From positions 2,538 through 66,537 of the forward strand of contig CAKUCX010000014.1 in the NCBI GenBank assembly GCA_934643865.1: a DNA stretch of 64,000 nt. The letters are read 5' to 3'. The notes under the pieces are model-generated. The model was given only the letters and a program-made list of their open reading frames with translations, was not told the DNA's origin and did no database searches. The DNA comes from an uncultured Kiritimatiellota bacterium (GTDB lineage Bacteria; Verrucomicrobiota; Kiritimatiellia; RFP12; UBA1067). Shown here piece by piece: positions 50,129 through 58,746 of this stretch (the first letter of the stretch is position 1; each line of letters opens with the position of its first letter). Both the position numbers and the translations under genes were made by a program.

Positions 50129-51124
50129 TCACCCTTTGAGCAGTTCCTTGACCGCCTTGCGCATCTGGCGCTTCGCGACGGCCATGCCGCCCTTGATCGT
50201 GCAGCCGGCGGCGCGGCGGTGCCCGCCGCCGCCGAAGCGCGTCGCGAGCGCCGTCGCGTCCCAGGCGCCGCGCGTACGGACGGAGACACGCGTTTCGTGC
50301 GTACGGTCGGGAATCTGGTAGAAGAAGAGGGCGATCTCGTTGCGGGCGACCTGGCGGGGGATCTCGATGACGTCCTCGGCGTCCGCCTTGGAGCCGCGCA
50401 CCTCGCGAAAGTCGTCGCGCGTGAGCGTGACCTCCGCGACCTTGCGGTTCTTCCAGATGTGGAGGGAGCGCCAGGCGCGGCGCTTAAGTTCCATCGCGCG
50501 CGTGTTGAAGGAGCAGTAGAGCGTGTCGTTGACGAAGGCCGTCCGCACGCCGTGCTTCAGGAGGTCGCAGGCCGTGCGGAGCGTAGCGGGCGAGGTGGAG
50601 TCGTAGGCGAAACGCCCGGTGTCCGTGACGAGCGCGACCCAGAGCGCCTCGGCGACGGCAGCATCGATGGGCCACTCCATCCACTTCGCGAAGCGCCAGA
50701 CGAGCTCGCCCGCGGCGGCGGCCGACGGATCGATGATGGAGACGGCGCCCGTCGCCTCCTCGCTCGTCGCATGGTGGTCGAAGACGAGCGTCGGCAGCTT
50801 CTCGGCGAAGGGGCGCACCTCCGGGGGCAGGCGCGCGGGCGCGGCCGCGTCGACGTAGACGAAGAGGTCGAACTTGCGGCGGCGCAGCTTGCGCAGCGGC
50901 ACGAGGTCGGCGACGCCTTCGAGGAAGCCGGGCTTGCCGAGCGCGCGCACGTCGGCCGCCCCGACGGCGTCGTGCCCTGCGGCGCGCAGGAGGCGGGCGA
51001 GGGCGATCATCGAGCCGAGCGAATCGCCGTCCGGGCTGAGATGCCCGGAAATGAGGATGCGCTTCGACTGGGCGAGCAGCTGCCTGGCCGCCTCGAAGCG
51101 CGCGCGAGTTTCCAACGTGTTCAT
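50129..51124 (-). CDS. DHH-family phosphoesterase (NrnA-like oligoribonuclease/pAp phosphatase)
   Basis: Motifs are ISGHLSPDGDSLGS, the FDHH motif and a C-terminal DHHA1 GGGGHRRAAG. A TAATAT box lies 7 nt upstream of the ATG at 51124. Confidence 0.85.
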   Translation of the reverse strand: MNTLETRARFEAARQLLAQSKRILISGHLSPDGDSLGSMIALARLLRAAGHDAVGAADVRALGKPGFLEGVADLVPLRKLRRRKFDLFVYVDAAAPARLPPEVRPFAEKLPTLVFDHHATSEEATGAVSIIDPSAAAAGELVWRFAKWMEWPIDAAVAEALWVALVTDTGRFAYDSTSPATLRTACDLLKHGVRTAFVNDTLYCSFNTRAMELKRRAWRSLHIWKNRKVAEVTLTRDDFREVRGSKADAEDVIEIPRQVARNEIALFFYQIPDRTHETRVSVRTRGAWDATALATRFGGGGHRRAAGCTIKGGMAVAKRQMRKAVKELLKG

Positions 51125-51155
51125 GTGCGCTATATTAAACCAAAAAGATTCCCCC

Positions 51156-51185
51156 TTGACGAGGGCAAAAAAGACGTGTTAGACT
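51156..51185 (+). promoter_or_regulatory. Sigma70-type promoter TTGACG-N18-(TGT)TAGACT for the RRM protein gene
   Basis: -35 lies at 51156..51161 and -10 at 51180..51185, preceded by TGT. Confidence 0.5.
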
Positions 51186-51255
51186 ATCCAGCACAACTCG
51201 TCCAAGGCGTGTGCCGAGGCACGATTCGTTGAAGTGATCAAGAAGGATGCAAAAG

Positions 51256-51570
51256 ATGGATATCTACGTTGGTAACCTCGCTTATGCGACGACTGACGAC
51301 GGACTCAAGGCCGCTTTCGCGGCGTATGGCGAAGTTACCTCCGCGCGCGTGGTGACCGATCGCATGACCGGCCGCTCCAAGGGCTTCGGCTTTGTCGAAA
51401 TGCCCGACCGCGCCCAGGCCCAGGCGGCGATCGACGCCCTCAACGGCCAGCCGCTCGACGGGCGCCCGATTCGCGTGAACGAGTCGCAGCCTAAGCCGCG
51501 CACCGAGCGGCGCGGCGGTTTCGGCGGTCCGCGCCGCGACCGCGGCGACCGTGGCGACACCCGCTGGTAA
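51256..51570 (+). CDS. RRM-type RNA-binding protein
   Basis: RNP-2 is IYVGNL and RNP-1 is KGFGFVEM, with an RGG-like tail. The ATG at 51256 (MDIYVGNL) has an AAGAAGGA SD 8 nt upstream and is preferred over the ATG at 51247. Confidence 0.9.
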   Translation: MDIYVGNLAYATTDDGLKAAFAAYGEVTSARVVTDRMTGRSKGFGFVEMPDRAQAQAAIDALNGQPLDGRPIRVNESQPKPRTERRGGFGGPRRDRGDRGDTRW

Positions 51571-51595
51571 TCGAAGCGCGCATACGCGCCTATGC

Positions 51596-51634
51596 GAGAA
51601 GACCCGGCCGCAGCGGCCGGGCCTTCTCTTTTTT
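51596..51634 (+). terminator. Rho-independent terminator between convergent genes
   Basis: GAGAAGACCCGGCCGcagCGGCCGGGCCTTCTC forms a hairpin: an 8-bp GC core stem CCCGGCCG/CGGCCGGG extended by GAGAAG/CTTCTC. It is followed by TTTTTT (51629..51634). Confidence 0.8.
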
Positions 51635-51650
51635 GCCTCGCCCCCACCGG

Positions 51651-52763
51651 CTACAGCCGGGCGAGCGTTTCGCGGATGGAGCGCTCACGGGCCTCGATCG
51701 CCTCGCAGAGGCGGAACTGCACGCGGGCGCGGTTGAGGTTCTGACCCGGCTGGCGCACCTTGAAATACCTGTCTCCGGCGAGGTAGTCCTGGAAGAAGCG
51801 GAGGCCCAGCTCGAACGGCAGCAGACGGATCGCGTCGTAGAGGTAGGCGCGCTCGGCGTCGGTCATGAACGAGCCGGCCTCCTTCAGGTAGCCCTTCATG
51901 AACGCGAGGAAGAGATCTTCGTCGAACGTGACCTTGCCGAGGTTCAGTTCCTCCTCGCCGGCGGGGTTGCAGATCGAGCGCACGGCGTCGCCCACGTCCA
52001 CGTGCATGAGGCCGGGCGAGACGGTGTCGAGATCGATCATCGCCGTACCCTTGCCGGTGAAGTCGTCGATCATGATGTTGTTCACCTTCGGGTCGCCGTG
52101 GAACATGCGCTTCTTCAGCTCGCCGCGCGCCTCGGCGCGTTCGAGGGAGACGGCGAAGGCGCGACGCTCCTCGATGAACTTCGCGAGGCGTCGCGCCTCC
52201 ATCGAGGCGTTGAGGAGGGCGCGGGCGGCGTCCGAGGCGAGGGTGGCGTCGTACTGGGCGAGGTAGCCGCTCGTGACATGGAAGCCCGGGAGGGGGTCCT
52301 GGATGGCTGCGGGGTCCATGTCGGAGACGAGGTAGTGGAAGTGTCCGAGCGCCGCGCCGCATTCAAGCGCATGCTCGGGGCTCTGGGCCATGTCGAAGGC
52401 GTGGGCGGAGAGGACGCGCGTGATGACGCGCCACACGCCGCCCGCCTCGTCCATCGCGAAGTCCGCGCCCTCCTTCGTCTTGACGATGCGCGGCATCTGC
52501 CAGACGCGGTCGTCGCGGTCCGTCTTCGCGTCCGCCTCCAGCTTCTCGTGGCAATGGAGCGTGATGTTGTGCATGTTCCGCATGATCGCCTCGGGCTGCG
52601 TGAACACGGAGCGGTTCATGCGCTGGAGGATCACCTGCGTCTCGGTGAAGGTGTTGCGGAAGACGGCGAGGAACGTGTCGTTGATGTTGCCGTTTCCGAA
52701 GGGGACGATCGTGACGAGGCGTCCCTTGACGTTGAACTGGTTGACGAGGAGGGCGAGTTCCAT
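51651..52763 (-). CDS. Aminoglycoside-phosphotransferase-fold kinase (N-acetylhexosamine-1-kinase-like candidate)
   Basis: The start is MELALLVNQF. FGNGNINDTF is a nucleotide-loop-like motif and FHGDPKVNNIMI...IDLDTV is the catalytic HxDxxxxN plus DxD pattern. The ATG at 52763 is preferred, because the track start at 52823 overlaps the upstream gene. Confidence 0.7.
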   Translation of the reverse strand: MELALLVNQFNVKGRLVTIVPFGNGNINDTFLAVFRNTFTETQVILQRMNRSVFTQPEAIMRNMHNITLHCHEKLEADAKTDRDDRVWQMPRIVKTKEGADFAMDEAGGVWRVITRVLSAHAFDMAQSPEHALECGAALGHFHYLVSDMDPAAIQDPLPGFHVTSGYLAQYDATLASDAARALLNASMEARRLAKFIEERRAFAVSLERAEARGELKKRMFHGDPKVNNIMIDDFTGKGTAMIDLDTVSPGLMHVDVGDAVRSICNPAGEEELNLGKVTFDEDLFLAFMKGYLKEAGSFMTDAERAYLYDAIRLLPFELGLRFFQDYLAGDRYFKVRQPGQNLNRARVQFRLCEAIEARERSIRETLARL

Positions 52764-52771
52764 GTTCTTTC

Positions 52772-54199
52772 CTAGCGAAGCGGTTTCATGTAGAGGAGGC
52801 AGTGGGAGATCGTCCACGCCCACTCGGCGGGCATGCGCTTGAGCTCGTGGCCGGCGCCCCAGGTATCCGTGTAGAGGATCTCCTTCTTCCTGTCGTTGTA
52901 GCCGATGATGAGGCGGATGTGCCCGCCCCGGGCCTGGGGGATGTCCGGCTCGGGGTAGGTGCCGAGCGTGACGCCCCAGAAGAGCGGGATGCCCTTGTTC
53001 ACCTGGTCGCGGACGTCCTTCATGAAGCGCGTGAACTTCGACCGCTGCGCGCCGTTCACCTTCATGTCGCGCAGCACCTCGGGGTCCATCGCCGCGTCGA
53101 CGTCGCGGTAGCTGTAGTAGACCATGTTCCCCTCGCGGCGGATGTAGACGTCCTCGGCGATCTCCTTCTTCCTGAGCTTCTTCGCGGCCTTGTTGTAGTT
53201 CGCCACCTCCTTCACGAGCCCCGCGATGCGCTCGCCGGCGGGCTTCTCGAAGTCGCCGTAGGTAACGACGGTGGCGAGCTTGTACTTCCGTCCGATCGCC
53301 TGCACGGAATCCTTCATGCCGCGCGTGGACGTGCCCTCCTCGGCGGATGTGCCGGCGGCCTGCGCGATCTCGTGCTCGTCCACGTCCACGCCGTAGTAGC
53401 GCAGCACGCGCTCGGACGCCGCGACGGCGCAGTACCCCTTCTGCCCCTGATCCACCATTGGCACGTTGTCGATGAAGACGTCGCCGCGCGGGTCACGGAC
53501 GACGTTGTCGGCAATCTTCTTCGCGCCCTTCGCCGCGCCGGCCTCGGTCCGCCGCCCGCCGGACGCGAGCCGCTCCGGGCCGTCCACCGCCAGGCGCACG
53601 AACCCCGGCTCGAACGTATCCTTTCTCTTCCCCTCCTGCACGTAGCTCCACGTGAGGCGCGCGACCGTTGGGATCGCGGTCTTCGGCCACGTCTGGAACT
53701 TCTGCCGCGCGTTCTCCTTCGCGACGCGCTCCGTTTCCGCCACAGGCGGCTTCGCGCCGGCGGGCGTCAGCCGCGCGCGCACGTCCCTGACGAGCTGGAA
53801 GAACGCATCGCGCGTGATCGTCTTGTCCGTACGCACCCGGCGGCGCAGACGGTGCCCGTCCGGCGTCTCCACGACCACCTCGCGCTCGGTGCCGGCCGTC
53901 GCGAAGAGCATGAGCTCCACGCGCGCGATGCCCCCCGCCTCCCCAAAGGCGACCTTCGTCTCGTAGACGGGGATGCCGTGGTAGACGACGGCCCCGTCGA
54001 GCCGCGTGTCCGCGCCATCGCGGCTGCCGGACGTGAACTGGAAGCCCTGTCCCTCGTGCCGTTTCACGAACAGGACCGGATCCGACTTCCAGAACGCCTC
54101 CTCCGCAAGGTCCGCCCCGATGTCGTAGGCGGCGTCAGGAGCGGCGAGTGCCGCGCCTGCGACCGCCAGCGCGGCCAGAAGAATGCCCTTTCTCGTCAT
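52772..54199 (-). CDS. Secreted papain-fold (C39-like) cysteine peptidase candidate
   Basis: MTRKGILLAALAVAGAALA is a signal peptide preceded by an AGGAGGGA SD. The putative catalytic Cys lies in QGQKGYCAVAASERVLRYYG and the His in GGHIRLIIGYN, followed by YTDTWG. Confidence 0.7.
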   Translation of the reverse strand: MTRKGILLAALAVAGAALAAPDAAYDIGADLAEEAFWKSDPVLFVKRHEGQGFQFTSGSRDGADTRLDGAVVYHGIPVYETKVAFGEAGGIARVELMLFATAGTEREVVVETPDGHRLRRRVRTDKTITRDAFFQLVRDVRARLTPAGAKPPVAETERVAKENARQKFQTWPKTAIPTVARLTWSYVQEGKRKDTFEPGFVRLAVDGPERLASGGRRTEAGAAKGAKKIADNVVRDPRGDVFIDNVPMVDQGQKGYCAVAASERVLRYYGVDVDEHEIAQAAGTSAEEGTSTRGMKDSVQAIGRKYKLATVVTYGDFEKPAGERIAGLVKEVANYNKAAKKLRKKEIAEDVYIRREGNMVYYSYRDVDAAMDPEVLRDMKVNGAQRSKFTRFMKDVRDQVNKGIPLFWGVTLGTYPEPDIPQARGGHIRLIIGYNDRKKEILYTDTWGAGHELKRMPAEWAWTISHCLLYMKPLR

Positions 54200-56273
54200 C
54201 GCGGTTCCCTCCTGTCTTCCCTTCGTGTTGTCGCTTCCCCTCGCCCGCGCCCCGCGCCGACGGGGCGCGGCGAACGGGGACGGGCACGAAGTCAACCAGC
54301 CGCCGGTCGAAGTCCACCTTCTCGACGCGCACCTTCAGGCGCGCGCCGACGCCCCAGGTCTTTCCGCCGCCCACGAGTTCCTCGCGCACGTCGTCCCACC
54401 GCAGGTAGGCGTTGGAGAGACGCGAGACGTGGACCATGCCGCCCACCGCAAGCGCGGGCAGGTCCACGAAGACGCCGTAGCGCGTACACTTGGAGACGAC
54501 GGCGTCGAAGGCGTTCTCCGCGCCGCCCCGTTCCAGCACCATCTGCAGGTAGCGGTACTTCTTGATCTCGTCGAGCGCACGCTCGGCATCGTCCGCATTC
54601 TGCTCGCGCTCCGAACAGTGGAGCGCCGCCGCGTTGAGCCAGCCGAGGTCGAGGCGCCCGCCCTTGCCCGCGATCCAGGACGCCAGCTGGCGGTGCAGCA
54701 CAAGGTCCGGGTAGCGCCGGATCGGGCTCGTGAAATGGGCATAGTACTTCTTCGCGAGGCCGAAGTGCCCGATCGCCTTCGCCGAGTAGAGCGCCCGCTT
54801 CATCGCGCGCAGCACCATCACCGAGAGGACGCCTTCAAGCGGCGAGCCCTTGATCTTCTTCAGGAACTTCGCGAGGTTCTTCTGGTTGGAGAGGTCGCCG
54901 CAGGCGATGCCGAGCTTCGCGAGGTTCGCGCGCAGGTCCTCCAGCTTCTCGGGGTCCGGCGCCTCGTGGAGGCGCGCGAGGATCTTCACGCCGCGCGTCC
55001 AGAGTTCCTTCGCGACGGCCTCGTTCGCCGCCACCATGCACTCCTCGACCAGCTGGTGCGATTCGTCGTAGGGCCGCACCGCGATGCCGGTCATCATCCC
55101 GTGCGCGTCGACCTGGATCTCGGCCTCGGGCACCTCCATGTCGAGCGCGCCCGCCGCGAAGCGGTTCTTCCGCAGCTGCTGCGCAAGTTCGTGGATGGCG
55201 TGGACGACCTTCCGCTCCGCCGGTTTCAGCTTCGGCCCCGAAACCTTCTCGCCCTTCAGCTCCGCCATCACCTGCTCGTAGGTGAAGCGCGCCTTGGAGC
55301 GGATGACGGACTTCGCGAACGCGCGCGCGATGTAGGCGCCCTTCGCGTCGAAGGTGAGGAAGGCGGAGAAGGCGAGGCGGTCCTCGCCGGGGACGAGCGA
55401 GCAGACGCCGTTCGAGAGCTGTTCGGGCAGCATCGGCACGACCTTGTCGACGAGGTAGACCGAGGTCGAGCGCCGGTACGCCTCGCGGTCGAGCGCGCTG
55501 CCGGGCGTGACGAAGTGCGAGACGTCCGCGATGTGGACACCGAGGACGCGGTTGCCCGCCTTGTCCGTCTCAAGGGAGAGCGCGTCGTCGTAGTCGCGCG
55601 CCGACTCGGGGTCGCACGTGAAGATGAACGTCTTCCGCAGGTCGAGCCGCCCGGCCGGGACGCGGCCGCGCGCCTTCGGCAGCACGCCCACGCGCTCCGC
55701 CTCGGCGACGACCTTCGGCGGGAAGGATTCGGGCAGGTCGAACTGCTTCATGACGGCGAGCGTGTCGAGGGAGGGGTCGTCCGCCGGGCCGATCACGTCC
55801 GTGATCTCGCCCTCGGGGGCGAGGCGCGGGTTCTCCCAGCGCACGAAGCGCATCACGACGCGGTCGTTCAGCCGCGCGCCGTGCGCGTCCGGCACGATGA
55901 ACTCCTGGCGGAAGGCCGGCGAGAGCGGCTGCACGCGCGTGAAGCGCCCCAGCGAGGCGACCGTGCCCACGATCGAGCGCGGCGCGCGCGCGTCGATCCG
56001 CAGGATGCGCCCCTCCGGCCCCTTCTTGCCCGCGTCGCCCGCCGGGCCCTTCCGCCTGCGGCCCGCCCCCTGCGGCTTGAGCGCAATCGTCACCGTGTCG
56101 CCCACGAGGGCCGTGCCGAGGTCTTCGCGCTCGATCCACGTCGCCTCGTTCGTCTCCGGGTCGACGAGGAAGCCCGCGCCGCTGCGCGCCATGTGCAGCT
56201 CGCCCGTCATCGTCCCCGCCGCGCGGGGCGCCTGCCCGCGCCTCGAATGTTCTCTTTTCCTGTTCATCTCCAC
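54135..56273 (-). CDS. rnr: Ribonuclease R
   Basis: An RNB-domain core, a C-terminal S1-like segment (GMVHVSRLSNAYLRWD...GARLKVRVEKVD) and a basic tail are present. The GTG at 56273 has an AAGGGA SD. An ATG at 56267 is the alternative start. Confidence 0.9.
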   Translation of the reverse strand: MEMNRKREHSRRGQAPRAAGTMTGELHMARSGAGFLVDPETNEATWIEREDLGTALVGDTVTIALKPQGAGRRRKGPAGDAGKKGPEGRILRIDARAPRSIVGTVASLGRFTRVQPLSPAFRQEFIVPDAHGARLNDRVVMRFVRWENPRLAPEGEITDVIGPADDPSLDTLAVMKQFDLPESFPPKVVAEAERVGVLPKARGRVPAGRLDLRKTFIFTCDPESARDYDDALSLETDKAGNRVLGVHIADVSHFVTPGSALDREAYRRSTSVYLVDKVVPMLPEQLSNGVCSLVPGEDRLAFSAFLTFDAKGAYIARAFAKSVIRSKARFTYEQVMAELKGEKVSGPKLKPAERKVVHAIHELAQQLRKNRFAAGALDMEVPEAEIQVDAHGMMTGIAVRPYDESHQLVEECMVAANEAVAKELWTRGVKILARLHEAPDPEKLEDLRANLAKLGIACGDLSNQKNLAKFLKKIKGSPLEGVLSVMVLRAMKRALYSAKAIGHFGLAKKYYAHFTSPIRRYPDLVLHRQLASWIAGKGGRLDLGWLNAAALHCSEREQNADDAERALDEIKKYRYLQMVLERGGAENAFDAVVSKCTRYGVFVDLPALAVGGMVHVSRLSNAYLRWDDVREELVGGGKTWGVGARLKVRVEKVDFDRRLVDFVPVPVRRAPSARGAGEGKRQHEGKTGGNRDDEKGHSSGRAGGRRRGTRRS

Positions 56274-56315
56274 AAGAGTCCCTTCTGCCAGACGTGTCCG
56301 TTGGGCCTCGTCCGT

Positions 56316-56324
56316 AGTTTAGCA
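56316..56324 (-). promoter_or_regulatory. Extended -10 box TGCTAAACT for rnr
   Basis: The minus strand reads TTGTGCTAAACT, 42 nt upstream of the GTG at 56273. Confidence 0.4.
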
Positions 56325-56442
56325 CAATTCGCGCCCATGAGGGGGGCATGCCCGGCGCGGCGAAGGCGCGAAACGAAACGAAGCCCGGCCAACGATGGCG
56401 CGGGCTTCGTCCTCCTCATGCCGGAACACCTTCTCCGTCGCT

Positions 56443-56889
56443 TCACTTCGCGGCGGGCGCCGCCGGCTTTTCGGCGGGCGCGGGCGCCGGTTTCTCGGCG
56501 GGTGCGGGCGGCTTCTCGGCGGGTGCGGGCGCCACCGGCTTCTCGGGAGCGGGGAGCGTCTGCTTGAGCGCTTCAGGGTCAAGGCGCAGCGGCTGCTGCG
56601 CCTCCTTCTGGGCCGGAGCCTGCTCGCCCGCCATCACGGAACCCGCGTGAGGATCGCTCTTGGAGGTGAAGCGCGCGAGCGCGAGCGTGTTGACGAGGAA
56701 GATTGCGCCCAGCCAGGCCGTCACCTTGATGAGGACGTTGCCGGCATTCGCGCCGAACACCGCCTCGCCCATGCCGCCGGCGAGGCCGCCCAGGCCGCCC
56801 TCCTTCGGCTTCTGCAGCATCACGACAAGCGCGAGCAGCAGGCACACGACGACTTCGACGACATACAGGAACCCGATCAAGATGCTCAT
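56443..56889 (-). CDS. secG: Preprotein translocase subunit SecG with Pro/Ala/Glu/Lys-rich C-terminal extension
   Basis: MSILIGFLYVVEVVVCLLLALVVMLQKPKEGGLGGLAGG is a typical SecG N-terminus. The tail is APAPAEKPPAPAEKPAPAPAEKPAAPAAK. Confidence 0.85.
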   Translation of the reverse strand: MSILIGFLYVVEVVVCLLLALVVMLQKPKEGGLGGLAGGMGEAVFGANAGNVLIKVTAWLGAIFLVNTLALARFTSKSDPHAGSVMAGEQAPAQKEAQQPLRLDPEALKQTLPAPEKPVAPAPAEKPPAPAEKPAPAPAEKPAAPAAK

Positions 56890-56953
56890 GTTCTTCTACC
56901 TTTTCTTTTCATCTCCGGCGGCGGCGACGGGCCGCGCGCCGAAATCACTTCGC

Positions 56954-57400
56954 TCAGGGGTCGACAAACGTCAGCTTCCGCGTCTCGAAGTCGATCTTCC
57001 GATAGTAGCAGTTGCGCGGCGCGCCCGCCTTGTTCTTCGTGTGGCAGATGCCGCCCCGGCACGGACGCACGACGTAGAGGAGCGAATTCTGCTCGCAGTT
57101 GACATACGCCTCCAGGAGGTCGAACGTCTCGCCGCTCGTCTCGCCCTTGAACCAGAGCGTGTTGCGGCTCGTGGACCAGAGGATGAGCTTGCGCTTCGCG
57201 AAGGACTCCTTCATCGCATACTCGTTCGTGTACGCAACGAGAATGACCTCCTTCGTGTCGGCGTTCTGCACCGCGACCGGGATGACGCCCGGATCGCACG
57301 CCGCCGTGCCGGCCGCGCGCGTGTCGGCGACCTGCCGGCCGACCTTCTCCAGCTTCGTGAAGTCGAGCGTGAGCTCGGAAGATTCTTCTATCTGTCCCAT
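56954..57400 (-). CDS. hisI: Phosphoribosyl-AMP cyclohydrolase
   Basis: VIPVAVQNADTKEVILVAYTN and WSTSRNTLWFKGETSGETF are present, together with a Cys/His metal site region NCEQNSLLYVVRPCRGGICHT. Confidence 0.8.
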   Translation of the reverse strand: MGQIEESSELTLDFTKLEKVGRQVADTRAAGTAACDPGVIPVAVQNADTKEVILVAYTNEYAMKESFAKRKLILWSTSRNTLWFKGETSGETFDLLEAYVNCEQNSLLYVVRPCRGGICHTKNKAGAPRNCYYRKIDFETRKLTFVDP

Positions 57401-57411
57401 ACGAGCGGGTT

Positions 57412-57439
57412 ATTATACCATATTGGCGGCGCGGCGCAA
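57412..57439 (-). promoter_or_regulatory. Promoter TTGCGC-N16-(TGG)TATAAT for hisI, 11 nt from the ATG, embedded in the gltX 3' end
   Basis: The minus strand reads TTGCGCcgcgccgccaataTGGTATAATaacccgctcgtATG. The gltX stop TAA (57413..57415) lies inside the -10 hexamer. Confidence 0.55.
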
Positions 57440-58723
57440 GCGGGCAACCGTCTTTTCCCGCCCGAGAAGCTCGCACGCCTCGAAAAGCCCGATGCCCTCG
57501 CCGCGCCCCGAGACGGCCACGCGGACGGGGTGGACCCACGGGCCCATGCCCTGCCCCTGCGCGAGATCCCTCACCATCGCCTCGCCGGCGGCGGCCGTGA
57601 ACGGCTCCAGCACCTCGAAGCGGTTGGCAAGATCGAGGAGAAGATCCTTCACGCCCTCCTTCTTCAGGCGCTTTTCGACGGCCTTCTCGTCGAACGGATA
57701 GTCGTCCGTGAAGAAGTAGGCGCAGTTGCCGGGGATGTCGCTCCAGAACTTCGTGCGGATCTGCAGCTGCTCGACGAGCAGGTCGAGGTTGAAGCCCTCG
57801 GGCACCGCAAGCCCCGCCGCCGCGACGCGCTTCAGCAGCTCGGCGCGGTACGTCTCCTTCGGCGCGCGGCGGATGTACTCGCCGTTCATCCACTGGAGTT
57901 TCTTGATGTCGAACTTCGCCGCCGTGACGTGGACCTTCTCGACGTCGAACAGCTGGATCATCTCCTCGCGCGTCAGCACCTCACGGTCGTCGCCCGGGTT
58001 CCACCCGAGGAGGAGGAGGTAGTTGAAGAGCGCCTCCGGGAGGTAGCCGTTCGCGCGGAACTCGCCCACGAACGCCGCGCCGTCGCGCTTCGAGTAGGGC
58101 TTGCCCTGGGCGTTCACGATCATCGAGAGGTGGCCGTACTTCGGCGGCTGCGCGCCGAGCGCCTTGAAGAGCTCGATGTGCTTGAAGGTGTTCTCCACGT
58201 GGTCGTCGCCGCGAATGACGTGCGTAATGCCCTGGTCGATGTCATCCACGACGTTCGCGAGGTGGAAGATCGGCGAGCCGTCGGAACGGACGATCGCGAA
58301 GTCCTGCACGTCCTCGGCCTTCTTCTCCATGTGCCCCTTCACGAGGTCGTCGTACGCGAGGACGCCCTCCTTCGGCATCCGGAACATGACGACCTTGCCC
58401 GTCTTGCCGTCGCGGCTCGTGCGCTCGCATTCGTAGGCACGGCCGGAGGCGAGGAGCTGCTGCACGCACGCGAGGTGGCGGGCGAGGTTCTTCGTCTGGT
58501 ACACGGCGGGCTCGTCGTAGTCGAGCCCCAGCCATTCCATGCACGCCAGCAGCGCCTGGATCGCCTCGGGCGTCGAGCGTTCGAGGTCGGTATCCTCAAT
58601 GCGCAGCAGGAATTTGCCGCCCGTGTGGCGGGCGTAGAGCCAGTTGTAGATGGCGGCACGGATGTTGCCGATATGGACCTTGCCCGTCGGCGACGGGGCG
58701 AAGCGAACGCGGATGTCTGACAT
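57413..58723 (-). CDS. gltX: Glutamate--tRNA ligase
   Basis: MSDIRVRFAPSPTGKVHIGNIRAAIYNW is the HIGH-type motif region, and a KMSKS-equivalent ...GKPYSKRDG is present. The protein is 436 aa from the ATG at 58723. The track ORF extension to 59020 is not coding. Confidence 0.93.
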   Translation of the reverse strand: MSDIRVRFAPSPTGKVHIGNIRAAIYNWLYARHTGGKFLLRIEDTDLERSTPEAIQALLACMEWLGLDYDEPAVYQTKNLARHLACVQQLLASGRAYECERTSRDGKTGKVVMFRMPKEGVLAYDDLVKGHMEKKAEDVQDFAIVRSDGSPIFHLANVVDDIDQGITHVIRGDDHVENTFKHIELFKALGAQPPKYGHLSMIVNAQGKPYSKRDGAAFVGEFRANGYLPEALFNYLLLLGWNPGDDREVLTREEMIQLFDVEKVHVTAAKFDIKKLQWMNGEYIRRAPKETYRAELLKRVAAAGLAVPEGFNLDLLVEQLQIRTKFWSDIPGNCAYFFTDDYPFDEKAVEKRLKKEGVKDLLLDLANRFEVLEPFTAAAGEAMVRDLAQGQGMGPWVHPVRVAVSGRGEGIGLFEACELLGREKTVARLRRAANMV

Positions 58724-58733
58724 GGCGGCGGAT

Positions 58734-58742
58734 AGTATAGCA
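58734..58742 (-). promoter_or_regulatory. Extended -10 box TGCTATACT for gltX, 10 nt from the ATG
   Basis: The minus strand reads CTGTGCTATACTatccgccgccATG. Confidence 0.5.
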
Positions 58743-58746
58743 CAGT

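Noticed and set aside
56886-56913. Mini-uORF ATGAAAAGAAAAGGTAGAAGAACATGA overlapping the secG start
   Set aside because: It is eight codons inside the purine-rich SD region of secG. There is no independent evidence for it and it is most likely fortuitous.
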